Origin: Convolutriloba macropyga
Taxonomy: Eukaryota
Assembly (NCBI RefSeq): GCF_964194025.1
Contig: NC_134474.1
Location: 13,330,001 to 13,394,000 of the forward strand
Direction: 5' to 3'
DNA: 64,000 nt
The position numbers and the translations under genes were made by a program. Below, in pieces: positions 1-14,307 of the stretch; within the stretch, counting starts at the first letter, position 1, and every line of letters begins with the position of its first letter. Below the pieces are notes generated by a model that made no database searches, was not told the origin of the DNA, and worked only from the letters and a program-made list of their open reading frames with translations.

Positions 1-715
1 TAAACTCTCAGACCTCAACATTTCATTGCTTTTTTGAAAGCAATTTATTAAAAATTTCTAACGGCCATAAACTTTTTTTTTAAAAATGAAGAGGTGTCTT
101 TGAAACTCTTTAGGAAACCTTGATTCAAGTTGTTCCGATCTGAAATTATTATATAAAAGCAAAAAAAACATGTTTCAAAAGACACAATGACTGAATACAA
201 TCGAAAACAATCTTGGGCTGTGAAAACAACGATTAGACCAAAGCTGACCATGCTATTGCTGTTCATCCGATAGAAATTTTTTTGATAATCCAAATATTAT
301 GAATAAAGATACTTGTCAAAAAATTCAGTAGAACAAAGTTAGATGATGCATTATAGATAATTATGGAGTTCAACAGCACAGTTTTATTTCAAGGATACTC
401 TCAGAGGAAACCCAAGTAAAACTAGCTCTCTTCGGAGTTGTTGAATATGGTTTCAGCAGTTTTGAAGTATGTTATTCTTGCTAATTTAAATAAAGTTGAA
501 AAAAGAAACTTATTTAGTGCCATTTTTCATGGAAAAAACTAAATTTTGAAAAAAAATGTTAAGAAAAATTGTAAAAAACATTAGGATGAAGATTTTCAAA
601 AACTTTTGGAACAGTCTACAGAACACACTTTAATTTTCGCGGATTTAACTATTGTGTTGGCTGAAAAACAACCAATGGACAAATTTTCAAATATGCAAGA
701 CAAAGAACAAAATAA
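1..715 (+). repeat. Direct repeat copy 1 (period ~1408 bp; may extend left of the window)
   Basis: 1 'taaactctcagacctcaacatttcattgct' matches 1409 'taaactcttagacctcgacatttcattgct' and stays colinear to 'aagaacaaaataa' (~715 vs ~2130). Confidence 0.9.
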
Positions 716-1408
716 CTTTTTAAGTCATAATCATTTCCGTCAACACAAGCTTTAATCAATTACGAGTTCACAGGGAAACTACAGACGAAAATCCAAAAGT
801 TTATTTTTTACAGGAAACCTCTGTCGAATCGAATAAAACAAAAATTGTGCTCTATAATCATAAGAAATTTTCAAATCAGTCTTTCCCCAACAGCAATGAT
901 GTCGTATGAGACCTATAAATAATAAAACTAGGCGACAAATGGACGGAAAAGAACGGCAAATTGCAATGTTAAAAATTACGCCAATACATCAAAAAAACAT
1001 TCGATTTTAAAGATGTGGAAAACATTAGCATTCAACTGAAATCAGTAAAGTAATTCCTCTCTTTATCCACGGGTACCCAGTTAGACCTTCGAATATCCTG
1101 AATTTGTCACATGAATACAAAAAAAACAGTAAACAAAGACAAAAATAACAAATTTTTTTTACTTTAGTCGTGAAGACGTTGATAAGCGTAATCCACTATC
1201 TGAAAACTGGATATACTTTTTGAAGGCCAATAAAATGATCTGTGACGTGTCAACTGTGACAAAAAGCAAAAAAGAACCACAATGATTATAATAATGTTCA
1301 ACATCAAAAATTTTTTGTGAAAACTAATAATAAATTTTAGTGCATCAGAAAGAGCATGCGACCTTTAAGAATGCTACATCTAAAAACCAGTTTGACCAAA
1401 ATAGAGAA

Positions 1409-2130
1409 TAAACTCTTAGACCTCGACATTTCATTGCTTATTTTCAAAGCAATTTATTGTAAATTTGTAACGACCATAATTTTTTTTAAAAAATGAAGAG
1501 GCGTCTTTGAAACTCTTTAGGAAACCTTGATTCGAGTTGTTCCGTTCTGAACTTATAATATAAAAGCAAAAAAATTTAAAAAATATGTTTCAAAAGACAC
1601 AGTGACTGAATACAATCGAAAACAATTTTGGGCTGTAAAAACAACGATTAGACTAAAGCTGACCATGCTATTGCTGTTCATCCGATAGAAATTTTTTAGA
1701 TAGTCCAAACATTATGGATAAAAATACTTGTCAAAAATTTCAGTAAAACAAAGTTAGATGATGCATTATAGATAATTATGGAGTTCAACGGCACAATTTT
1801 ATTTCAAGGATACTCTCAGAGGTAACCCAAGTAAAACTAGCTCTCTTCGGAGTTGGCGAATATGGTTTCAGCAGTTTTGAAGTGTGTTATTCTTGCTAAT
1901 TTAAATATATTTGAAAAAAGAAACTTATTTAGTGCCATTTTTCGTGGAAAAAACTAAATTTTGAAAACAAAATTGTTACGAAAAATTGTCAAAACATTAG
2001 GATGAAGATTTTCAAAATATTTCGGAACAGTCTACAGAACACACTTTAATTTTCGCGGATTTAACTAATGTGTTGGCTGAAAAACAACCGATGGACAAGT
2101 TTTCAAATTTGCAAGAAAAAGAACAAAATA
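1409..2130 (+). repeat. Direct repeat copy 2
   Basis: Colinear with 1-715, with scattered substitutions and small indels. Confidence 0.9.
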
Positions 2131-2717
2131 AATCTGTTTTAATTGAAAATTGCTCTCATCTTTGTTAAACTTTTTAAAAAAATTTACAAAATTTCATTAA
2201 GGTTCGAAGTTTCAGCACAGCTATAAAAGATATTATATGGTTTTCATATTAGGTGCCAATTCGTATTAGCACGCCATAATCGTCTCAAGCGTTACATGAC
2301 CATTATAAAAAAAGAAAATTAAGCACTACCAGGTGTGGGTTATAAAAAATAAGGTTGCGAAAAAAGAAAAAAAACCGCTCATTTCTATTTGAGTCACTTC
2401 TTTCTTGATAAAAGCTCTTAGTTATGTGGCATGCTGTAGTCAAAACTTCACTTTCACGTCTTTGCAGCAATATTATTAAGCCATTAACAACTTCGCAGCT
2501 TATAGCAGTGCTTGAAAAGTATCTGGAGCCCATAGAAGCTATTGTCCTAGAAAGAGAGCTCCTGATAATTAAGATGAGCTCAAGCCTTCTACTCTAGTTA
2601 CTATTCATTAATTAGAGAACACTGTGTCTCAACATAAGCAGGAAGACCCCAATTTACTTAAAGGTTAAAGAGCTTTACAGCAGAAGCCTGCGCTTGAGCT
2701 CAAAACCCTCTTTATAT

Positions 2718-3912
2718 TGTTAGCGCAAAATAACGGCCTCCGTCATCGGAACAAACTTCGTACTCGTCGTGCGTTCGAGATGGCGGAACTTACTCGGTCA
2801 CTTGAAAATTTCCCAATTTTGTTTTGTAGTTGGAGTACACCCGCTCACTGTCGGCAAGACTTGGTTTACTCATGTGTTACGGATTAGTTTGTAGTTGGTT
2901 CTCTACAGTAGCGCTTTCCTAAACGTTTCGCTTTCTCCATTTTTTAGTTATTCACTACCGTCCATTTTCCGCAGGTTTTTTTTCGGTTCTTTTTTCGAAT
3001 TAACATTTTTCCTGTCCCAACTTTTGCTCCTTCCTCGTATTTTTCTCCGTTTATCAGTTATATGATATAATAAGTTGATTTTGCTGCAGTAAATTTTTTT
3101 GTTGGTATACTTGTTGGAATGATTGTTTAGTTATGTTGCAAATTAGGTAATGACTTAATATTGTTCTGAAGTTAAGACTGGTTTGTAGCGTGACTGTAAA
3201 CATAATAGTTTGCTAGCTTTTGGTTTAAGCTTGTTTAATTTTTGGTAATAGTCTTTTTTGATGTCGAGGGATGTTGGCTTGATAGGGTGTGACTTAAATT
3301 TAATCTGAAGTTACGGCTAGTAAGTTTCTTGAATTTTTCGACAGTTTTTAGATACTACTTCTTTGCCGAAAACCAATTTAATATTGTTAGATTAAAACCT
3401 TTTTTGACTGGTTCTAGTTTGTGTTGCAGTCGCTTCTCTCCTTCTTTTTATGGTGTGACTGAAATTTGCTCTGGAGTTACGGCTAGTTTGTTGGGTTGTA
3501 GTCTGCATGCGTTAACCTTCTTGTCTTCTCGTATTTTTCGTCGTGCATTCTTTGTCCGTCGTCTCCATCCCGTCCTTATGGTTTTCCCGTTTCTTGGTGC
3601 GCTGTTTCTCCGGCGTCCAGTATCTATCGTATCCCGTGTTGTTGTGCGCTGCTTACCCGCCGTCCCCATCTTGTCCGTCTCGTCTTACCGCTGTGTCGTG
3701 CCTCCTTTTGCACGACTATTCCCTTTCTCCCGTTCTGTAGAGCGTTCCGCTTAATGCCTATATTTTCATTCGCTCGTTAACTCTATACTACACAAAACCT
3801 TTTGCCTTTTGGGGGTTTTGTGGGCAAACTGTCACACTAAGGTTTGGTATATTTTTTTGTGTCATGTGTTGTGTACATGTGAATGTACTTTTGTAACAGT
3901 ACTGAATTAAAC
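2718..3912 (+). repeat. Possible 5' LTR/leader of the Bel/Pao element
   Basis: Starts TGT at 2718, composition shifts, and it is followed by a TGG-initiated PBS-like 'tggttcccc' (3916-3924) just before gag. No matching 3' LTR found. Confidence 0.3.
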
Positions 3913-3930
3913 TTCTGGTTCCCCTTTAAT

Positions 3931-6590
3931 ATGATCATGGCAACATTGCAGGAAAAGTTTCCAAACGTTTATACTGCGAGGGCAGAAATAGAGGCTGAAT
4001 TTTTAAATATCTATAAGTGACATTACCAATGCTATTGATAAGCAAGACAGGAAACTTAGGATTGAGCGTATGATTGTTAAGTCCAAAAAAGCTTTTTCTG
4101 GCCTAATTGATAACAATTAGGAGCTCTTTGATATTGCGTTCAAACTGAAGCTCCTGTTGCCACCTGTAAGAACCAACCTGGAACAATGGCTAGAGACTGT
4201 AAACTAGAAAAATGACAACATTATCGCTGCCATTTGAAGGTACATTGATTCGGTCCAAGACAAAGAGCTAGCGGAGCAGTACAACTCTCACAATTCCAAA
4301 TGCTGATTGCATTTGACTTCCTCAAACCAGCGGCATCGTGACATAGAAATATCAGAACAAAAAAAGAGAACTTGAACAACAGCACAATTTAGAGCTGCGC
4401 ATTGCCAGACAGCGCCCTGAAATTGGAAAACAAATGTAATTGCGAGAATTAGAAATTCAGCAGCTTCTTGGAGGAACATCGCAAGCAGGTGGCTACTGCA
4501 ACCCTAAAAAATTTGAGTTAATGACGAAATCATCAGCGGATTTCTTAGGTCAGACAAAGGGAAGCTGAGCGAGTTGATTACTGAAAGGAACAAGGTAAAG
4601 AGCAGAAAATTTGTTAAAGTTTAGGTCAACTCGTAATTTGCCGGGAAAATGGAAGTTGTTGCAATGTATCCATCAACAATTTAACTTGCATCCCTTGAGT
4701 CTGAACACACAAGGTCAATTTGAGTCTATCATCATCCTCACTGTCAGAAGGCCGTAGAGCCCGGTAAAAAGTTATAATGCTCCTCTTGACACTAACAGCA
4801 TTCACGAACAGCAACAGCCTCAAAATACACCTCCATCACCATCAAAGACTTTGGTATACCAGAACAACTAAAGAATCCGAACACAGCCCGACAGCTGTCT
4901 CATACTACCATGCATTAGCCACCAGCAGACATAAAAGTGCCCAGAGTTCCATCTCAAATCTTTATCCCCATGGATCCGCAAATAAATTTAATTCTACCCG
5001 CATTTCGTTTCAGTCCTGCACCACAAGCGGCATTAAACGTTGCTATTGCAATGGTGGCAAACAAAGGCAATCAGTCACTGCCCTCTCCGCCTACGCAGAA
5101 CTGTTTCTCTCTCGCAATCGTTTTAGTACCGCACTTAACATTATCCACCGGCCCCACGGCAGAAATACAAGACCCTGAGTTCTGTACCCCAAACCATGCA
5201 TCTCTCCTACCGGATCCTAAATTTTGGCCGTTTCCGGCATCAGTCCCAGCTAATGCCATCCCACAGTTGCTACATCAGTAAACTTAAGCAACACACCGCT
5301 GGCAACGTAATACAACCCTTATGTCCCCATATTACTCAAGTTTAAGCAGCAGCAAGGTCCCAAAGTCACGTCACATCAGACTACATGTGACTGAAGTGTA
5401 TCCACTGGTACCGCACCACTGGTACCCTTTTAGTGCTTGTACCCTTTTAGTGCTTCCATTGGTACCGCACCAACCTTGGTCAATCCAAACGTTGCTTCAA
5501 AGCGTGGAGCTACCGTTCAGAAACCGGCCGTGTTGGGGTGACCCACCACATCCCATACCTTCGGCTCCGTCAATTGACTCGGCGGATTTTATAAAACAGT
5601 TGGCAGACCCAATCAAAAGCAAGAAGAACGATCCACCACCCAAGTGGTAATGGTCATAGTTTAAAGGTGCTCCCTGCAGTTTCATGAATTGATCGGGCAA
5701 ATTGGAAGAACCTTTGACTCGCAGTCGTTGACTAATGATGCGAAACTGATTTACTTTAAAACTCTATTAACTGGAAAACCAAAATATGCTTTTGCTGAGT
5801 TTGCATACTGCGGAAAAAAGTGTAAGGTTGCATTTAAGACACTTTAAAGTAAATTTGGCCGACCATAGGTAGTTTTCAGTACACACTTAAACAAATTGAG
5901 CTCTTTTTCCATAACTAAAATTTCCCAATAGTGACCACATAATACTTCGACTTTAATACGACGCTGATTTGAAGATCGTTTTGAAGCCTCGTTTTTTAAT
6001 CCACCTATAATGAAAGATCTTAGTCACTCTTCACGGTCCAAAAGCGTTGTTTAAAACCGACACTCCTCGACTTCAACGACTGGTTAAAACAAAAAGCAGA
6101 AGCGCGTGACGTGAAGAAGGAAACATCAAAGACAAGAACTGAGGATAACAACAATTCATTAGCAAAGGCTAAAGCTCCATCAAAAAAACGTTTGCTGCTA
6201 GCACTCAAACAATAAGCACTCAGCGACCAGCCTCAACATCGGCAACTACACCATCCTCCCGCTGCATTTTGTGTAAGGCTAATCACCGCATATGGGAGTT
6301 TTGGGTATTTAACGAAAAGTCTTCCACTCAGGGAACCAAGGTACTGGCCGAACAAAACTGTGCTTCTCAGGATTAGGGGAAAACATACGTTCCGGCAGTG
6401 CCGTAACCCCAACATAAAACACAGCTCCCATAAAACACATGTCCATGGAGCTGAGAGGGTTTATCCGTCAAAATCCTCTTCAATCAACAACAACGGTAAT
6501 TTTAATGCGGGCGCAAGTCGAAATAAACTTTCTAGTGGGCAATCATTGAGTAAAACCACTACAATGCCAACTGTCAATAATGTGTAAGGC
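3931..6590 (+). pseudogene. Bel/Pao gag (DUF1759-like) remnant
   Basis: ~5620-5800 reads 'KKNDPPPKW...FDSQSLTNDAKLIYFKTLLTGKPKYA'; decayed Cys/His knuckle region ~6260-6440. Confidence 0.75.
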
Positions 6591-7259
6591 TTCCTTCAGT
6601 TGACCGAACTGCTGTTGGCGAACTCATCGGGTAAAGATACAACAGCTTTAGTTTTGTGCGATAATGTTTGCCATAAGTTTTGGGCGTCAAATATTTTTGC
6701 AAATAGATTTGGTTTGCACGGTAAACTAATGAAACTGAAAGACAGGAATATAAATGCCGGGGAGCTTGTTGACACCAAAATGGTCTGACGGATTGTGAAA
6801 AAACAAGGCCAACAAGCTTTCGAACCGTTTAAAGTTAGTCCTAACGAGAAGGAGTATTTGAATGTGGGCGCCAACGCAATCAACATTCATGGACTTCTAG
6901 AATTATATCCGCACCTAGCAGTTCAAGACCGGGTTACACATTGCAATGAAGAAATCGAGACGATACTTAGACCGGATTTATAACACGCCATCTGCTCGTT
7001 AGATAAAATCGTCGCCGACAAGAAGTGCTCGCACTTCGCTGTTCGCTTGCCCATAAGTTGCGTTTTAAGATCCCTATACCCTCGTCTTCTGGTTTACTCT
7101 CGGCTTTATTCAAAGCTAAAAAGGAGCAGGACTTTGAATTTATTAGTCAAGTAAAATGTTGTTACGACATGGAATTTTATGAAGCAATTAGCAAATAGAC
7201 CCATGATCCGCTGCGGAAGCACCTGCGCAGGAAATTCTTAAAAACTCCACATTTCCTAA

Positions 7260-8530
7260 TAAGAAAAGTCAATACGTGCTGAAGATAACATCGAATTGCC
7301 GAAAAATTACTTCTCAGCACTGTTTAATTTAATTTTTTGAAGAAGCGATTTAAGAAATACCAGCATTTAAGGGAAATTTATTCGAATACAATCAAGGAGG
7401 ACTTAGACAAGGATTACGTAGTAAGGGTCAAAAATGCCCACAACGTAGAAAGTTGCTCAAAACAAAATTGGAACCTACCATATCATCCAGTTGTTAATCC
7501 GAACAAGCCGGGCGGGGTTTTTAGGCCACTGAGTGGGGCAGCTAAACTCTGTGGCGCATTTCCTTATAACTCATTACTCACCGGACCTGACTCACTACCT
7601 TACCTTATGCCTGCATTCTTACGGTTCAGACAAAATTCACTTGCCGCGTCCACCGATGTCGAGGGAATGATCAAGTTGAAGTACTACCACGTGATCAGCC
7701 TAAGTTTGTAAGTACCAGATCTGATTGACCCAATTGTTGGGTCTTATCAAACTAAAGAACCGAAGGTCGTCGTTTCAAATAAACAGGAATCAATGCACTT
7801 GCTCAGGCATAAGTGGGGTCACAACAACGATGTTGTTTTAAGCTTGGGTGATAGTTGTAACATAACAAAAAGCATAACACTGCGCTTGGTTCAAGTCTTG
7901 TGTCAGAGGTCTACAACCCAATGGTCTATTCGCACCGTTAACTGTAGGGGCACATTTAACCTTGAAAGACATTTTGCTGGTCAATGGACAACGTTGGGAT
8001 GATGGGTTGCACAAAGACACAATTGATAGATTCCGTACATGGTGTGTTGAACCGCCGCAATTGGCTAAGATCACAAAACCAAGAAGTTAATTTTCAGGAT
8101 TGTTTCAACATCTTGAAATCAGCTTGGAAGACATATTCATTGCTGTAGTATTTCTTGGGTCTCGGGTAAAATACACTTCCGTAGAAACTAATGCAGATGT
8201 GGTGTTCGTCGTGGGCAAGGTCTGCGTTGCACCTATGAAGGTGATGACCGTGTCAAAGTCGGAAGTGCAAGCCGTTCCCCTCACTGCATACTTGAAGAAG
8301 CAAATCTATTGATCACTGACCGTTACTGTAGACAAAGTCTTCATGTTCGCAAATAGTACAATCGGGTTGCAGTTCAACGAACTCATACAACAAACAACCC
8401 ACCTTGAATGGAAATCATGTAAGTGAACTCCTGGAATGCACCAGCGTTAAAAAACGGATCCATGTCACCACTCGTACTAATCCGGCAGACGCCAGCACGC
8501 CTTGTTTGTCCACTGATTCTTTTATTACTT
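7260..8530 (+). pseudogene. Bel/Pao reverse transcriptase (core deleted) plus RNase H remnant
   Basis: 'WNLPYHPVVNPNKPGG...SLLTGPD', 'DVEGM', 'GLFAP', 'NGQRWDD', 'FVVGKVCVAPMKVMTVSKSEVQA'. Confidence 0.85.
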
Positions 8531-8799
8531 TCAATCAAATGCGAAGGTTTTGAATTATTGAGAACTAAGCAATTGCTTTTCATACTAAACAACGACGTCG
8601 GCATTAACATCAAGCTCGGCGTTGTAACGAAGCAACAATGTGATGACTCCAACTCATTTTTAGCCGCATCAGCAACCAAGCCCGCTAAAAAACAAAGCAC
8701 TCATTCGTTCCCTTTTGATAAGTTCAGTTTTTTTAAAGAATTATCTTGTGTCACCGAACCATATATGCTCCTTATTTTATTATTTCACGAAAAAATTGC

Positions 8800-10140
8800 A
8801 CCGTAGACTGTAGCATAACGAACCCTGTTGAGCGGTGACGAAGCCGAGCTTCATCTCCAGTGTTTTGTTCGAAATGAGACCTTTGTACAGAAAGAAAAGG
8901 GTGTTTTTAACAACAATTGCGTCAACAGGAGCAGCAGCATTGCTAAGATTACACCGTTTACTGGTTTTATGATCTCATCTGTTCGTCTGGTTGACTCTGA
9001 CAGCTAGTGTAAATTGACATCGGCACTAACCAGTTTATCGTGCTGCATGCGCGTCAAACATTTGTTAAGTGGTTCTTGCGGAATATTCATCTGAAAATCA
9101 TTATCAGGGCATCATTTATTTACGGTCAAATATACAGGAAACTTATATGATTCTAAACTATGTTCTTCCCTGCGTTTCATCAAATCAAACTTGTGCAGAA
9201 AGCTCCGTGCCGCAACCATTCAACCGATCATGGCAGAGCTCCCAAAGGAGAGACTCGCATACCAGTCTCCTCCATTTAACAACGCAGGTATTTTTTGATT
9301 AATTCTACATCCCCATTCATCGGAGTACTGAAAAGAAGTGAGGGTTTCTCTTCACTTGTCGGACTACTCTAGCTGTCTATGATTAAGTAGTTTTGACCGT
9401 GAAAACTAGTCCTTGTGCAATAGCAATAGATTGATTTGTCTTCCCCGGGGTAATCTAGCTATGGTTTCGTCAGAGAATGATACGAACCTCATCGGAGCGG
9501 GAAAAGAACTCTGGGAAAGTATTGATATATCGAACACGCTAAAAAGCACCGCTGAATTTGCTCAACAGGGGTCTTAAATGGATGTTTAATCTGCCCCAAG
9601 CGCAACTCGGAGGTGACGTCTACAAAAGCTTGGTCCGTAGTTTCAAGAGAAAACTGTATACCATTCTCGGTACACATTGCCTCACAGATGAGCTTTTGAG
9701 CTTTTGAACTTTTGTCTTGATTAAGAAGCACTGAACGCGCGCGCTTTAGCGCCTGTCTGAGCTAGGCGCAATAACACCGAATCTTTTTTAACCTCGTAAC
9801 CAAGCAACGGGAGTTCCGTCGATCGTTGGCGTTGAACAGTTGGATAATCGAAAGCGGTACGCTCGCGTGCAGTCCTACCCCAATGCACTTTGGGCATGTT
9901 GAATTAAGTACTTGCTCTAAACGGCAGACTTAAGTGGCAGATGCCTGTTGAGCAGCACCTCATGATCTCTGATTTGGTTTGGATAGATGAAGAAAGCAAC
10001 GCCAGTGGTTACTATCCCACTGCCCGGATTGAAGAGCTCCGGGAGGGTTCCAAAGCGTCGCCCGCTCCGCATACGTACACACGTCGTCCATATGACTCGT
10101 CCGTGCTCGTCTAAGCTGGTACAGATCCTGTCAACATCTT
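8800..10140 (+). pseudogene. Bel/Pao integrase remnant
   Basis: 'HYQGIIYLRSNIQE' (zinc finger region), 'CRKLRAATIQPIMAELPKERLAYQSPPF', 'GFLFTC', and a C-terminal DUF5641-like tail. Confidence 0.8.
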
Positions 10141-11667
10141 CTTCCGTGCCGGAGGATGCTACTAAGCAAATAAAAGAGCAGCAAGATATGAAATGAGCAA
10201 TCTGTTTATTACGTCTTTTCTTAACCATACGAGTAGTTAAGATTGGCAAAAAATCTGTCCTATTTTCATTAGAAAGCTTAGAAAAAGTGCAAACAACATA
10301 AAGACTACTAATATACTAAATCGATTGCGCTCGTTTTAGGCTTATTTTTTGGGTTTCAAAAACGTATTGTTGACCGATCTTAGTTTATAATCTCTCAAAA
10401 TTTGTTGCTAGATTTGCTATTCTTATGCCGTTTGCTTTTGCCTGCGGATCTTTCGATGGTCAATTTGCTTTCATCCTGATGTCTATACGTCCAATGCATT
10501 ATGATTGGAAACAATTGACGAGAATATTAATCAAATGTTCACAAAGTTTTAACCTCGATAAATGCGTGAAAAAGCCAGATTTCAAAAAAAGTTTTGTTTG
10601 ATAACTTATGCTGGACCGGCTTTCTAATGATACCACTCGAAACCCTTTACGATGAAAATATTGCTCGCCCAAATTGACTGAACAGAAAAATACATTCAAT
10701 TATATACATTTCCTGCCCCAATGAAGTAAAAGGAAACAATAAGATGGGTTTGTATTATTTCCCACATGACGTTGATTGCGGTCCTAAATCACTCAAACTT
10801 GCATTATCATTATTCCTCCTCCCAAAGAGCGTTTATGTATTTTTCTGATTGAACAACGCCTTGAATTGTAGATGGAAATTTGTTTTGTTCATTTTTTAAC
10901 GAAGCCTAAATTAAAGAAATTGAATTTTGAAAATTATCAGGTTTTAAGTCTACGAATGGGGATTCCCAAGGTGAGTTATACTCGTTATTTTTAAAATGAC
11001 ATCATGCTTGCATTTTTTGAGATATAGATTATGTAGATTGTATACGATGACGTCATCTTTGATCATTTTTTGCTTGTCGGTCGACTCTATAGTATTAGAC
11101 TATAATTTCAGTTTTTGCTTTTCACATCCAACACTACAGATTAAGATCCGCAAAAAGCAGAGCTATTGTTTAACATTGGAAAAATAGACAGAACAAATCT
11201 CGCAAAAAATAATGAGGAATAATTTGACTCTTCTTTAGATGCTTTTTCCATGATTCTGAACATGTTCCTTTGTGAAGGAAGTATAGGATTATAGGCGTCG
11301 AGAATTTAATCTTGCTTTGTATTTAAGATTAAGCAGCATGCTCAGTATAAGGATTCGATGAGATCACGTTAATATCTGTGACTGGCCATGTGAATCTCCT
11401 CTTTCATTTTTCGTGGTTGTAATTTATTTCTATCTCGCATATATTCTACAGAATTGATCCAAAAAGAAAGAAAAATCTTGCCTTCGATTTTTGCGACGTT
11501 TGTTCACTTTGGATCTTCTTGAAAAACCTATTGTTTTGCAACAAATTGTACCCACACATTTGTGAAAAGAATCACACCTTTTAGCTTAACTTGTTTTTTT
11601 TTACTCCAGGTCAAGTAAAGCAAAAGGCGTTTTACCACAACATTGAGAGTGAGTTTTCTAAATCACA

Positions 11668-11867
11668 NNNNNNNNNNNNNNNNNNNNNNNNNNNNNNNNN
11701 NNNNNNNNNNNNNNNNNNNNNNNNNNNNNNNNNNNNNNNNNNNNNNNNNNNNNNNNNNNNNNNNNNNNNNNNNNNNNNNNNNNNNNNNNNNNNNNNNNNN
11801 NNNNNNNNNNNNNNNNNNNNNNNNNNNNNNNNNNNNNNNNNNNNNNNNNNNNNNNNNNNNNNNNNNN
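11668..11867. other. Assembly gap (200 N)
   Basis: Run of Ns. Confidence 1.
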
Positions 11868-14307
11868 TGTTAAGTATATGGCTTTAAGCTAACATTTTGG
11901 TATGGGGGTTAAGTTTGCATGTAAACATTTGTTTGTTCAGAACAAATCAAATATCCAAAATATATATATACCAAATTTTTTCTGACCGGACAGCCAGAAA
12001 ACATGATTGTTCGTGTATTGAAAGGCTTTATTGCAAAATTTTACAATTCGTTTGTAAGGGCTTCGCTGAGATTCTTTTTGCGACCTCTAAAACAACCGAA
12101 TGTAAATAGTGAAAGGGATCAGCTTGACAAAGCGATACAAAAGGTGTTCTTACTCAAAGGAAACTTGATGAGAGAGATGAACCAGAAGAAAATAGAAAAA
12201 AGTTAACGAAGTTTGAATAAATTAAGACTTGGTGATGTAATGGTAGGCAAACTAGGCCTTAGGCCTGCAAGTTAGAAGATGTTAAAACTATTGGCTGAAT
12301 AATGACTTATTTTCGCTGTAGGTTCGTATGTTGTATGTTTAGACCCCCTCCCCCCCCCCCCCCCCCCCCCCCCCCAAAAAAAAACCATTACATTAGTTTG
12401 ATTTTGTTTTGTATGAGTTTTACAAGGAAAGACTCTTTTCCTTCTCCTTCTCGTGTTCCTGGTCCTGGCTGACGTTGTCACTCTGGGCATCGTCAACATT
12501 CGTAGTCTTCAAAAATGAATCGGAACCGGTTGAAGAAGAATTCTGCGCATCTTGGCTGGAAGCTGCTTGTTCTAAAACAGATTTTAACCATCTAATTTAC
12601 CCTCCCCCACCCCGTTTATGCCCCCCCCCCCCCCCTACAATTCATAAGTCGTTTTAGAGCCACGTACGTTACTATGTGAGGAAATATCCAGGTGGGGGTG
12701 GTTAATATGCAACTATTAGTAGGTTTCGTTTTTGATAATCAGTTCTTCTGGTCAAAATATAATAAAAATTCCTTGTTATAGTAAAGAGTTTTTGGTAAGT
12801 TTTTCAAATAAAAGATGTGAAAAACTATTTGAAACTTTAGAAAAAATCGGCTGTTTTCAGCGCGTTTCTTACATAATTTCAGCGTTCTTCAGCGGAAATT
12901 TATGTAAGAATTCTCAGCTAAAACTTTGCAATATTCAACAAAAATCTGCTTATTTCTCAAATTATTCATCAGAAATTGCCTCGACCAGGGTAGAAATTTA
13001 AAATTTATTATTTCAGGCCTTAAGCACAGCAGATAAAGATATTATTACTTACTTTTGCCCATTTTTGTCAATTAAAAGACAATGTCGTTGATTTGTAACT
13101 ATCAGAGACAGGAAATGGAAACAATTCAGTGTTGGTATTTTTAAACAGTGCTATTTTAATTCTGTTTTTCTGTAGCTTGGCAACTTTGATTTACAGCAAA
13201 TCAGTTTTAATTGTGTGACTTCAGGCTACTTTTTCACTACATAACTATATACAAATAAGCACTCACATTTTTGGTTGCAAGGCATTATGTATATAAATTG
13301 AGATAAATTTTAAAACACTAGCCGTGTTATCATATATCAGTTAGCCTGTGATACAATAAACAATTGTTCACAATTTCCTACCACTGAAACTTGTGAAAAA
13401 GTATACTTAATTTGATTCCAGCCTTTTTAGAGTAGAAACCTTTGCAGCCGGATCATTCAAGAAAACCTCGATGGAAAAATGTCAAAGTTCAAAAATGTTT
13501 CAACCGGTGACTGCTCTGCAACTTCAAATTTAACATAGTGTAAATTTCGAGGAAAATGTGGTGAACTCTTTGTTTTCCATGCCGTACCCAAATTCGAGTC
13601 ACTTGATCTAAGTTGGCCTGTTTGTTAAAGGTACTTACAGTGTTCTGTTGACTTTGAACCAGTATCTTGAGTGCCTTAGATGCCCGAATTGGTCCTGGTC
13701 GAGACTACCCCGCGCGCGCAGCATCGCAAAATTGCATAAATGGAATTTTGGACACCTTTTTGCTGGGGATCAGTCATTGATGAGCTATAAACATATACTT
13801 TACCCTTGTACACCTTGAGGCTTATAAAAGAACCCAAGTATGGTCCGCCTATGAGTTACGTTGCGACCAGTGAGTTAAATATCTAACCGTAAAAAACTCA
13901 TCGAAATTAAACACAAAAATCTCATATTTATACATATTTTCTAAAAAAAATAAATACTCAAACAAAAATTAAACAAAAGAAGACACTTTTTCTACATCCT
14001 AGGGAAGAAACCCATAAACAGAAAAATGTAATCCCTCATCTCAGCCGAAATTGCATACACCGCGGAAGATATATTCTCTTTTCAACGAAAGGACTTACAC
14101 TCAGAAGTTGAAAAACGAATTTGTATATTTTAAATGCCAATAATTCAAGATCTTTCCCTTTTAGTTTGTACAGCTTGACAATTAGAACCCCCAAAAATAA
14201 TACAAGAACTACAACCTTTTCCAAATCTATAATAAAACTTGACAAGTTGCTAGAACAATTGTATCATACATGATAGATATTTTGCGCTATATACTTACAA
14301 TTGCAAC

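Larger units (their letters stand above)
3931..10160 (+). mobile_element. Decayed Bel/Pao LTR retrotransposon (gag-PR-RT-RNaseH-INT)
   Basis: Frameshifted translations give Bel/Pao motifs in canonical order: DUF1759-like gag, RT N-terminus, Pao RNase H, integrase, then purine-rich 'ccggagga' followed by TG at ~10150. Confidence 0.92.

Noticed and set aside
3329-3754. 141-aa ORF and Arg-rich antisense ORF
   Set aside because: Low-complexity CT-rich sequence with non-ATG starts and no recognisable domain.
10157-11400. 3' LTR of the Bel/Pao element
   Set aside because: No convincing match to 2718-3912 beyond a few bases.
11591-11887. ORFs spanning the N run
   Set aside because: Artefacts of the assembly gap.
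13690-13878. TTAA-ended DNA transposon terminus ('...gaccagtgagttaa')
   Set aside because: No matching opposite end was found.
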